Source of the DNA: Amoebophrya sp. A120
Lineage: Eukaryota; Protista; Dinoflagellata
NCBI GenBank assembly: GCA_905178155.1
Contig: CAJINV010000016.1
Span: forward strand, 1,811,102-1,875,101
Direction: 5' to 3'
Length of the DNA: 64,000 bases
Positions 50,372-61,700 of this stretch are shown one piece after another. Position numbers and translations under genes: made by a program. A model generated the notes under the pieces. It was not told where the DNA came from and did not search any database. It saw nothing but the letters and a program-made list of their open reading frames with translations. Every line of letters begins with the position of its first letter. Positions within the stretch are counted from its first letter, which is position 1.

Positions 50372-53300
50372 TCAAACAGAAATCCAGGGCATTTCCGGAT
50401 ACCCCGCTCGACTCAGCCCCTCCCGGTGTCTCCAGGTGTCGTTATCAAATGCAAAAGTGTCTGGGTCTGGAAGATTCTGACACCTGTCATGCGCGTTTTG
50501 CATGGGCCATGATGTCTGTGATGCATACCCTAGCAATACAGATTTTTTGAGGGCTTCTTGATGCCGATTCCGCATGACAAACGCCTTCTCAGCGTAGCAA
50601 AAATTGCATTCCCTTTGCTACTCATGCAATATAGATTTTTTTGGAATCCAAATGCAGCATCACAAGTTGCATTCTTCCACACCCAGACATTTTTGCAATG
50701 CATAGTCGTAAAAGGTTTGCCAGGAAACCGGTTTTCCGTTGTTCACAAGGTTGAACTATCAAATATAAAAATGTCTGGGTCTGGAAGAATCCGAACTTGT
50801 GATGCGTGTTGCGGATCATGATACAAAAATCTGTGTTGCATGACTTGCAAAAGGTCCCCACTTCTGGCCATGTTGAGAGGGCATTTCTCATGCAGAATAG
50901 GCATCACCAAGGGGCTGCAGAACCTGTGATGCTAGGCCCTGCATTCCAGACCTGGCGGAGCTTGAAAAACTGCATGACAAATCTCGGAATCTTCCACACC
51001 CAGACACTTTTGCATTTGATATGAACATCTGTCGCGCGAATTTCTCCCCGCCGGCCGCAGATTTTGATTTGTTCACGCTGTTTGCAGAAGAAGTAGCGGG
51101 TGATGAGGTGGACACTGAATAAAGTGGACCTACAGGCGGTGCTGGCTTAGAAGTACTAGTGCCACTGTTCTCCTCTATCAGACGCAAATATGTCTGGGTC
51201 TGGAACAAAGCAACTCGTCATGCTAAATCTGAATCATGTAAAAATCTGTGTTGCGTGATTACCATAAAGCTGTCCACTTTTGACCTAATCGAGAGGCAGT
51301 TTCTCACGCAGGATAGGCATGATAGAACTCTCACAGAATCTGTCATGCTATGTCCTACATGCCAGACCTCATGGGGCATAGAAAACCTGCATGACAAGTC
51401 TGGCATTCTTCCAGACCCAGACATATTTGCATTTGATATCCTGCTCGTTTCTGCTAAATCTCCTCCCCGCGTGTTCCTCCACTTTGAGCCAAAACGCGAT
51501 GAATTCGGTTTCCCCCAGCCTCTGTTGCAGTGCTGTTTTCGCGTTTAACCCGGGTCGCTCGGCGTAGCAGACTATCAAATGCAAAAATGTCTGGGTCTGG
51601 AAGATTGGGGGAGTTTGTCATGCAAATTTGACATGACCTGCAATGTCGGTGATGCATGCCTTCGCATTACAGATTTTGTGAAGGCTTTCTCAGGCCTATA
51701 CTGCATGAGAAATGCCTTCTCAGAATAGCAAAAATCTGAGTGCCGTTTGCTGCTCATGCAATACTTACAGGTTTTTCCATCATCGAAAGTTAGCATCACA
51801 AACAAGGTCCGAGCACGGGGACAGAGTCCCCGTGCGGCGACCTTCCGGCATTTGTCTGCGCGGTGGCACTGGGCAGGCAGGTCGCTCGCAGCTAGGTAAT
51901 TCGTTGCGCTTTGCATTCAATGACCCGCGACGGGGGGGCCTCCTGCGGACGCGGCTCCCCTGCTTGCGCGCACTAGATTCATTAGCCTGCCGCGCGCAAA
52001 GATAAAAAGAAAAGAAGAAACTGACGCCGGGTCTGCAGCCGGCCCCCAGGTTATGGCGCTGCGACAGAGTCCCCACATTGCCCTAGGGCTTTTCTCTGCC
52101 CCCTCCTTGGCCGCGCGGTGTGGTTAACGGGGAGCGCTAACAGCTGGCCCCTAGGCCATGACGCGGGGACCGAGTCCCCGCGCTGGCCTAGGGCTTTCGC
52201 CCCTCGGCCGCACGGTGTCCGGGAAGCGCCCACAGCTGGCCCCTAGGCCATGACGCGGGGACCGAGTCCCCGCGCTGGCCTAGGGCTTTCACGCCTCGGC
52301 CGCACGGTGTCCGGGAAGCGCTCACTGCTGGCCCCTAGGCCATGACGCGGGGACCGAGTCCCCGCGCTGGCCTAGGGCTTTCGCCCCTTGGCCGCACGGT
52401 GTCCGCGAGCGAAGCGCTCACAGCTGGCCCCTAGGCCATGACGCGGGGACCGAGTCCCCGCGCTGGCCCAGGGCCTTCGCCCCTTGGCCGCACGGTGTCC
52501 GGGAAGCGCCTGCAGCTGGCCCCTAGGCCATGACGCGGGGACCGAGTCCCCGCGCTGGCCTAGGGCCTTCGCCCCCTGGCCGCACGGTGTCCGGGAAGCG
52601 CGCAAAGCTGGCCCCTAGGCCATGACGCGGGGACCGAGTCCCCGCGCTGGCCTAGGGCCCTCGCCCCTTGGCCACACGTTGACCGGGGAGCGCGCACAGC
52701 TGGCCCCTAGGCCATGACGCGGGGACCGAGTCCCCGCGCTGGCCGAGGGCTTTCGCCCCTTGGCCACACGTTGACCGGGGAGCGCGCACAGCTGGCCCCT
52801 AGGCCATGACGCGGGGACCGAGTCCCCGCGCTGGCCTAGGGCTTTCGCCCCTTGGCCGCACGTTGGCCGGGGAGCGCTCACAGCTGGCCCCTAGGCCATG
52901 ACGCGGGGACCGAGTCCCCGCGCTGGCCCAGGGCTTTCGCCCCTTGACCGCACGGCGTCCGGGACGGAAATGGTCACAGTTGGCACCTAGGTCATGGCGC
53001 GGGGACATAGTCCCCGCGCTCACCTAGGGCTTTCGATCGCCCCTCGGCCGCACCGTCTCGCGTGACAGCTTGGGCTTTGGGTCCAAACCCCACATAGCAA
53101 AGTCCGAAAGTTTGGCTGGGGTGTGTCCGAGAGTCTGCCCGGGGTGTGTCCAAAAGTCTGCCCTGGGTGTGTCCGGGGTGTGTCTGGGGTATGTTCGGAC
53201 TTTTTGCCTGGGGTATGTTCGGGGGTCTGTCTGGGGTATGTCTGGGGTGTGTCTGGGGTGTGTCTGGGGTATGTTTATACCCCACCTGTTGGCTTTTCGG

Positions 53301-53523
53301 CAAAAAATTGTAGTCCGCCCGTGATTGAGGAGCATTTGCATACCCCTGACACACCCCCGAACATACCCCCGAACATACCCCTCGCATGCATTTTTGACCA
53401 GCTGCTGCAGTTTAGATAGTAATTCCATTCTTTCCAGACCCAGACATTTTTGCATTTGATACAGACTTTCAACCAGATCCGCTGTAGTTCATCCGTCGGA
53501 ACCTGCGAAAAGGCGCCACCCAT
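50372..53523 (-). CDS. Small putatively N-myristoylated protein with degenerate EF-hand-like motifs
   Basis: Five exons joined in frame: MGGAFSQVPTDELQRIWLKVC/YAERP..LGETEFIAFW../..ARQMF/NLVNNGKPVSWQTFYD/TWRHREG..*. Confidence 0.7.
50443..50704. mobile_element. Introner family A
   Basis: TIRs, TSD gtcgt/gtcgt. Confidence 0.93.
50757..51021. mobile_element. Introner family A
   Basis: TIRs, TSD tgaac/tgaac; inverted copy of 56742-57004. Confidence 0.93.
51176..51438. mobile_element. Introner family A
   Basis: TIRs, TSD tcctc/tcctg. Confidence 0.9.
52037..53050. repeat. ~92-bp tandem repeat of palindromic units (~11 copies)
   Basis: Unit core ccctaggccatgacgcggggaccgagtccccgcgctggcctaggg followed by ctttcgcccc. 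Confidence 0.95.
53116..53382. repeat. 11-12 bp ggggt(a/g)tgt repeats followed by inverted copies
   Basis: ctggggtgtgt / ggggtatgttc cluster at 53116-53274; acatacccc cluster at 53339-53381. Confidence 0.85.
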
Positions 53524-53942
53524 TTTTTTTACTTGGGTCGTTGCTAGGTATTTGCGATGAATTCTTGCCAGATGAAGAGGTTGCTAAGAGCTGATGATGA
53601 AAAGCTGTTTCTTCTAGTTCATCTAGACGTCGCATCTTCATAGTTCTTTTCGGGGACCGACCGAAAACAAGAACAGCTGCGACGCCGATTGCAAATCTCC
53701 GACTCCGCGCTTGCGAGACAATAATTCTGAGAATCTCTACTTGCTTTTCTCGAGGTTCCTCATTGCCGACTTTCGATGCTGGTGTAGTTGCCCTCTGAAG
53801 ATGAAACTTCTTCAACACAAGAACTTCCGGTATGATCAGAGAGATGATGCTGTGGTCGAGGACGTCGCAATGTGTCAATGGAATGCAACCGGGTGATGTC
53901 GCGGCAACAACTTGGTCAACTACAAATCGGACTGTTTCTACT

Positions 53943-56900
53943 TCACTTTTGAGAGGATGCTCCTGACTTCTTCTTGTTCGTGCCAGCAGCTGAATCCATT
54001 ATAGAATTTTTCGCATTGCAGCTAGCCGCGTCTTTGTCGTCCTGCGTTGTTGTTGACGAAGAGCAGAGAGGAGCTCCAGCTTGTTCATTTTCACTCGGCA
54101 CGGGCGAGTACGAGCTCTCTTTTGTAGTTCTTCCAGTCTTGTAGTTATTTTTACCATTGTTCGCAGCTGCATTATGATTATAATTGTTCTCCCCGCCGTC
54201 CCCGTCGTTTTGTTGATCATCGTCCCAAACTTTCTTGAACAACCAGCTCCCAAACGACTGCGCGTCCTCCTTGATCATTCCCGTAATCTCCTTCCCAAAC
54301 TCCCCGAAATCGAGCCCCGAGACCTCGTTTTTCACGTTCTGCTTAATGCTGTCGAACTGTTCCTTCGCTTTCACCGCATTCTCCTGCAACATGAAGTGCT
54401 GCTGCAACTGCATACTGTAGTCGAAACTGCAGCTCGGGCAGTGGTGGAAGTGGGGTGGGAGGTCCTTCTTGTGGGAAGAAGATGTTGTGGATGCGACTGC
54501 GGGTTCTCTCGAAGGAGCTGTTGCTTCGTCCCAAATGGTCTGCAATGCGGCAGGTGTTGCTGCAGAAGCGGAAGCGCTAGATGAACTGCTCGTATTAAAG
54601 GCGGTAGTCGAAGAACTTGCTGCACTACTGTTGTTGTTTTTATTTTTCCCAGCATTTACTTCCACTGCCCCAGCGTCGCGGTGGTCAACTACACCTTGTT
54701 TATGTTCCAAGCACTTCTTGCAAATCATGACGTTGCACTGCGGACACGAAAAGTCCCACATCCCGGACAAGGCGTTCTGATTTTCCTCTTTGGAATAATC
54801 TTTCCCGCACGCCCCGCACACGTCTCTTTGGTTTATTTTAACCTGTTCTACCTCTGGCGAAGGTGATTCTTCTTGTTCTACTTTTCCCTCGTCTTCGTCT
54901 TTTGCTTTGTTCCCACCAACTACAACAGTCATGGTCTTCCCGTTCTTCTTTGGCGAAGATGAAAATCGGGTTTGCGGCTGGCCCTGTGCAACCCCCACCT
55001 GTCCGCCCACCGGCACGTCTAACACCCCCTCGATTCCCTGCTCGATCCACGCCCCACTGTGTCGGACCACTTCCTTCGCGTTGGACACCATTTTTCCGGA
55101 TTTTTCGCTGATTTCCATAACCCCCCTCGCCAGCAATTGCCCAGACACCTTGTACTTGCAGAACGGGCACTGCGGCTGCCGCAATTTGGAGAAGCACTGT
55201 TTGCAACAGACGTACTTGCACCGGGGGCAGATGAAGTCGAAGATGGAAGAGTCTTCTTGGTAGCAAATCCCGCACCCGGATTTCGATTTCTCCTCGTCGA
55301 TTAACTGGTTTTCTTTCTGGATCACAACATCCGGCACGACGATATTCTCATTCGCCCTTTCTAGCATCGGTTCGATCTTGTTCTCGATCAAATTCACGGT
55401 TTTATCCGCCACTTTCTCACCAAGGAATTTGCTGAAGTTAATCGCGTTGTTCAGCCCCTTGTGCAAAACAGATTCAAAATCCTGGTAGTTCAGGAGCGGT
55501 TCATTTTCTTTGTCACGTTCTTGTGCAGCGCCGTTTATTGCGTTCTTCTGTTCTTTCGCTGATGCAGCTTTAATATCCGAGGTTTTACTTTTAGCACCTT
55601 TGCTAGCAACCCCCTTGTCAAGAACATCATCAAGCTGATAGTCCAGCGCCCCGGTGCTGGCGATCCGCAGCCACTGGTGCTCACAAGCCTGCGAACTGTC
55701 CAGCCTTTGGTCCGGATCTGGCTGAAGCAATGCCCGCACGAACTGCTTCGCAAGGAGACTCGGCTTGCGGGTTGTTTTGCTGGTGGGTAGCTTTGACGAA
55801 GAGGAGGAGCCATTGTTGCCGTTTGAAGACGTCGCCGATGTTGTTGAAAAGCGTTCAAAAAGGCTTTTGAAAAAGCTGCCTGCACCACCACTTGTTCCCA
55901 AATCACCGCTAGAAGTACTGTTGTTTCCGATGTCCCAAATGGGGACTTTCCCCTCCAAAATCTCCTTCTTCATCAACTTGTTGTCGCTGTCCACAAACGG
56001 ACAGGAGTTGGACAGTAGAAACACGAAAATCACGCCCGCCGCCCACACATCCACTCTACAGTCATACCCTTTGGATTTCCCAGGTAGCAGGTGCATCTCC
56101 GGCGCCATGAACGCCGGAGTACCCAGCCGGTCACGTAATAGCTTCACTTTTTGCTCACTTTTCCCGTACGCCGTCGTGTCAAAATCCGTCATCACCTTCA
56201 CGGCCACCCCGAAATCTCCCAGTATGACCCGCTCAGGTGTTACAATCTCAAGCATTACAATAGAATCTGAGATCTGTTTTGCATGATGGGCATGACAGAC
56301 TCGCAGAGCGTTCCACTTTCTGCAATACAAATTTCGCCAGATTGTAGTGGGGTTTGGGGCTCCGGAACTTCTCATGCGCAATCCCACGAGAGTTGGCTAG
56401 ATCATGCACTCTTGCATCACAGATTTTCAGATTCTATTGTAACGCTTGAGATTGTAACACCTGAGCTCGTTATACCCAGTTTCAACGTTTTCAGGTCCGC
56501 AGCGAAGAGAAAGTTGTGCGGTTTCACGTCCCGGTGGCAGATGTCGATGGAGTGGAGGTAGCGGATCGAGTACAAAACTTGCTTCATCCATTTCGCAATG
56601 ACCGATTCTAGAAACGGCTCGGCTCCTTGGTTCTCCACGACCGCCTGCAAGTCCCCGCCGGGACAGAATTCCAAGACGAAACTGTACTCATTCTCCGACT
56701 CGAACGCCTCGAAAATCTCGAGAATGTTTGGGTGGCAACAGTATCAAATGCAAAAATGTCTGAGTCTGGGAGATTCCGAAATTTGTCATGCAGCTTTTCC
56801 AAGCTCCCCCAAGTCTGGAATGCAGGGCCTAGCATCACAGGTTCTGCAGCCCCTTCGTGATGCGTATTCTGCATGAGACATGCCCTCTCAGCATGGCCAG

Positions 56901-58070
56901 AAGTGGGCACCTTTTGCACGTTATGCATCACAGATCTTTGTAGGATTCGAAACATGCATCACAAATTCGGATCCTTCCAGACCCAGACATTTTTACATTT
57001 GATAAACAGAGCGCGAGAATCTTGATTTCGTGGAGGACTTGCTGCTTATTCAACCCCATCCGCCGCATTTTCTTCTTGTCAATGATCTTCGCGGCACGGG
57101 AAGATATTTTATCATTTGCTGGAATAGTGGATGATGTTCTACTTCTTCCTGTTTTATTCATACCGTTCGGCGGCGGGGGGAGTAGTAGATTCTGGTGCTG
57201 TAAACTGGCCCGGCGCGGATGAGGTGGAGAATTTGATGGGACTCGGAGGTGAGGGTTGTAGTTTTTATCATTTTTGTCATGATCTTCCAGCTGCTTCAAT
57301 AATTTCGCATCCTCGCTTCGCACCGAGCTTCTCGGTACGCGCATCACAGAGCCCAGGTCGGAGTGTCTTCTCTGCAGCACATCGGCGCAAGAAAAGTTCT
57401 TGTTGCTATTATTCGCCGCAGCAGAGAAATTTTGCGACGCGGCCGAAGCATTTCCAGCACTCGCCCTGGTTGACCAGCGGTTTTTGTTCACCCCAGCCGC
57501 TGGAGACGCTGTTGCGGACCCTAAAGTCGCTCGTGAGTCCAACGACGGGGAGCAAGAGGGCGATAATATCACTGTCGCGTTGGGATCAATGTTTCGATCC
57601 ACTTGATGTTCATCTGGCGAAGAAGTTCGGTCTTTTGTGGAACAGACCGCTGGCCGCGCACTATCAAGACCAAGACGACCTTGATTTGTGTTGCTTTGCC
57701 GCAACTGCTCCTGCACGGTCTGCTCCACAGCTAAATTCGCACCGCTTCCGTTCGAAATCCGATTGGAACTGAAGTTTTCTTGTAGTTGCTCTAAGAAAGT
57801 GCTTGGTCGTCCAGTTGCACTACTTTTACTACTACTCCCGTTCACTCGTACAAGTTCCTTCGGCGTCACACGATACACCGTCGCGAACCCGCCCGAGCCT
57901 AGCTTCTCGTGCAGATCGTAGGAATTCCGGAAACTCCTTTGCTGTTGAAAAAAAAGCCGGCCGGAAAAAATTCCGTTTTGCAGTGTTTCATCCGTGTACG
58001 GGACTTCGAAAGCAGGGGCAGAACCTTTGTGGTTTTGTGTCCCAATCGTGGACGAGTTTGCTTGTCCCAT
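53943..58070 (-). CDS. ~1200-aa Ser/Thr protein kinase (CAMK-like) with C-terminal RING-like zinc fingers
   Basis: LGSGGFATVY, AAKII, HPNIL, EFCPGGDL, HRDVKPHN, LKLG/DFG, GTPAFMAPE, DVWAAGV; Cys clusters CGIC..CPRC..CCKQC..CPFC and CGAC..CPQC..CKKC..CPSC; MG N-terminus. Confidence 0.9.
56223..56474. mobile_element. Introner family H
   Basis: ~55-bp TIR (gctcaggtgttacaatctcaagc.ttacaatagaatctga), TSD cccag/cccag; splits LKLG/DFG. Confidence 0.93.
56742..57004. mobile_element. Introner family A
   Basis: TIRs, TSD aacag/aacag; join ALC/CHPNIL. Confidence 0.93.
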
Positions 58071-58763
58071 CTTGGCGTGCGAAAGTGGATTCTCGTTGGA
58101 GGATCTTCACAAAAGGCAGCACCTTCGACGGGACAACATGGTAAAAACTTCTCTTTTTCGGCCTTGCTGTTGCATCACGGAGAAGACGTTACCGCTCTCA
58201 AAAAAATTCTCGGCAGTTTTGATACCGCCAGAAGCGGATTCCTATTGTTGTTCCGTATTCGTCGTGGACGAGCAGTTGATGCGGCTCGTATATGAGCTTT
58301 GAGTTGTGACCAGCTTGTGCTAATCAGGAGCTGAAGTGTATCTTCAAGAGTTGTAGACGGCACAGCACCCCACAACAAACAAAGTCTCTCTACTTGTCTT
58401 CTAAGCCCAGAGAAGATGAAGGTGATAGTGCTGTATCCCACAACGTTGATCCTTTTTGTCATCGTCCCGGAAGATGTTCTTTGAAGATTCTTTCACAGGA
58501 GAAGTAGAAGCTGTCACATTGGATACCCAAACTCCTAAAGCCCAAACGTCGTCAAGATATTAGTGATCTCTCGAGGATGAAGAACACGAGCACGACAACG
58601 ACCGGAAGGGTAGTTTCAAACTAGTACGTGGGTCAAGAGCGTGTTGAAACTTGTTTTGCAGCGATTCCCACGAGCACGACGGACAAGATGGCGCGAATGC
58701 AACAAAATGCTTGCGCACACCCTATCATGAAGGATAACGCGACCGAACTCGGAAAAATCATCT

Positions 58764-61700
58764 TCAAAAGAAATCCGTGTGCTCCGCTTTCCAAACGCGG
58801 TCTCGATTGAAGTCTAGCACGCGGCAGTTGGTTCTAGCGTCACTTATTCTCGCTTTTACTTCTGCTAGTGTTTCGTCAAACTGTTGATACAGCTGTGCCA
58901 TTTGCTTGTTCACCGGACTTCGGCTGGAGATGAAGTTGGCGTTGTTTCGATGATCCTGTACTGTGTCGCCCTCCTCTGCACTACTTCTATCGGAAGATGC
59001 CTCTTCAAAATCCGTGAAATCCCGCCAGAGTTTCGGAAAAACGCTTTCCGTGTCGAGCCGGCAAAGCATCCGGTCCTCCATGATCATGTGCACAATGTCG
59101 TCTCTTGGTGACGGATTTATTCGATCATTCTTCTGCTCTGCCATCTCTCCTCCTCCTCGTTGTCCTACCAAATCCAGCACCTTCAACCGAAACGGCAAAT
59201 CCATGAACCGCGCAAACGACATCGAGACCGCCCCCATCACCCCCTGCCGGGTTTCCCGCGTCAAGAGCTCATCGTAGCCCGCTTCGGGATCCCCTAGCCC
59301 GGGCGACTTGATCCCCAGTGTTAAATGGACCTCCATCACCCACGCGCGACCATTCGAATCCACAATCATGTCGGCGGTGAAGTGGAAACCGTGCGATTTA
59401 CAGGCGGAGGCGTCGGTGATGTAGGCGTTGCCTTTTGCCTTGCCAGAAGTTCTGCTTGCCGCGGCAGTGTCTACTTCTTTGTCAGCTTCTTGTTTGCCCG
59501 CAAGAGGCATACTATTTATCGCCCCGACCTCGTCAAGAACATCATCATCCACGGTGCAGATGTTTTCCCTTGCTCCCAGCATCCAAATGCCCAGCGACTT
59601 CTTCACATTCTTCCACACCTCTTCCCTGTCCAGCCCATTCTCCTTCGCTACGAAGTGCTCGAGCCAAAACTCCAAACTCCCCCCCGACATCCCCTGCAGA
59701 AAATCCCCGGACAAAATTTTCGGGATGTGGTGCGTCACGTGCATCAGCTTCGAGGACCTGAGTTGTCTGTCGTTGGTCGTGTAGTTCTGCTGTAACGTTC
59801 CGGACCGGTAGTATCCGTGCTTCGAGACATAGACCCTGAATGGATCGAGAAACGTGAAACCCTGGATCCTAATGTCGGTCTTCACCAGCGTATCGACCTT
59901 CTCGATTTCCCCACCAGGCGTAGCACGGATGTTGGGAATGCGGGCCAGCACCGGGTTAGAGATGTACAGCTGGACGACGGATTTTTCCTGAATTGTGTTC
60001 GTTGGATCTTCTTTTTGGATTGATGACATTGATTAATGTTTCGGCATCGCTTCCCTTTGAAATCTGTCTTGCAAAACGGCTTGACACCTATGATGTATGT
60101 TAGATCATGACATCTCATGTATTGCAGCAAAGAACGATGCAACATTTCTACCTTGTTATCCAACTTCCCGCCCTTCCAACCAGGCGCCCCGTTTTCCGGG
60201 GAGCAGAAAGAGAAATCAACTCCATCGCCGATCCAGCAGCCGTGCTCCCGATCTTTCCAATTCCACACGGTGCAGTCAAACGTCAGCTCGTTCAAATGCC
60301 GCCGCTCACACGCCTATCATATGCAAAAATCTCTGGGTCTGGAAGATTGCGAGATTTGTCACGCTCACGCTTGTCTGGCATGACAAAACAGTTTGTGATG
60401 CATGTCCAAGAAGAGACCCTTTTTCCTGTCATGCAAAAACGCAGTCTCCCATGCGAAAAACGCAACACAAAGAAGCGTAGATATTTCTCATGCTTGGCTG
60501 TGCATTACAGAGCGATCACTATTCCCAGCACAGCATTACAAGTTTCCAGACCCAGACATTTTTGCATTTGATAGCGCCTGCTTGCAGTCGAACTCCGACT
60601 CCGCGTCCCCTAGTTTCGCCAGTCCGTAGCACTATGGAAGTGTCAGAATCAAAATCGACAAAATCGAAAAACTTGTGATGCATAAGACCAATACCAGTTG
60701 GAGCCTCAGTGTGCAAGCGGCGCAAGACAACTTTATTTCGGGAGCATCGAAAGCCAGTTTCTCATGCTGTTTGGGCAAAGAAGACTGCTCCTGTCATGCT
60801 ACTCTGGCAGCACACTGCATACCCCTAAACAGGCTTACAATCGGTCTCATTTGCCTGCTACCCAATACAGCCCTCCAGTGCCCTACATTTTACGCATCAC
60901 AAATTTTTCGACTTTGTCGATTTCGATCCTGACACATCCATAAGCACTGCGCGTTTTTCAATTCCGTGAACTGCGCCGCCCGCGCTTTCTCAGTCAATTC
61001 GTGCAAGTTCCTCGTCAGTTCAATCCCTTGCCCGCCAAAGAGCGCGCCCGGCTTCCAGATGTACACCGCATTTTGGACGATGGAAGAGAAGCCCCAGAGT
61101 TCGTCCTGGTTGTCGGGCAGGAAAAAACACGGGGGGTAGAAACCAGAGAGGTCGAGTTTCTCTAAGTCGTTATGCATTGCAAAAATGTCTCGGTCTGGAA
61201 GGATGTAACTTGTCATGCTAAATCTGAATCATGCAAGAAATCTGTGTTGCGTGATTACCAACACCCGTCGTTATTTTTTACCAAGTTGAGGGGGATTTTC
61301 TGATGCAGGATAGGCATGCTAGAATTCTCACAGAGTTTGTCATGCTAGGTGCTAGGTCCCAGACCTCATGAGTCATAGAAAACCTGCATGACAAACCTGC
61401 CAGTCTTCCAGACCCAGACGCTTTTACACTTGATAGTCGTACTTGGTGAGCATCTTCCGCACCATGTTGCACTGCGCGTCTTTCTCGCTGAGTTTGGCGA
61501 GAAGCTTGTGGGAAATGGTTAGTTGGTGGGGGACTGAAACTGATGATGTTTTGTCGCTGTCCCTTATCAAATTCGGCTGCATCCGGTGGGTCGACGTCGA
61601 GTCGGTTGAGGGTTTCCAGTGGCAGGCTTGACGTTTTCTGGCAACATAAACAGATGCCTTAGTTTTAGTATTTCCTTTATCATTTTTCTCGTCCTGATCT

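Larger units (their letters stand above)
51573..53461. mobile_element. Introner family A expanded by a ~1.6-kb nested insert (~51803-53420)
   Basis: Intact TIRs 1.9 kb apart, TSD cagac/cagac. Confidence 0.9.

Noticed and set aside
51484-51494. Dinoflagellate spliced-leader relic (ttttggctcaa on the minus strand)
   Set aside because: Only an 11-nt match, and it lies inside a coding exon (AFWLK).
52140-52960. Telomeric repeats (ctaggg)
   Set aside because: Isolated hexamers within the 92-bp unit, not tandem TTTAGGG.
52037-53050. CRISPR array
   Set aside because: The segments between palindromes are near-identical rather than unique spacers, there are no cas genes, and the context is a eukaryotic intron.
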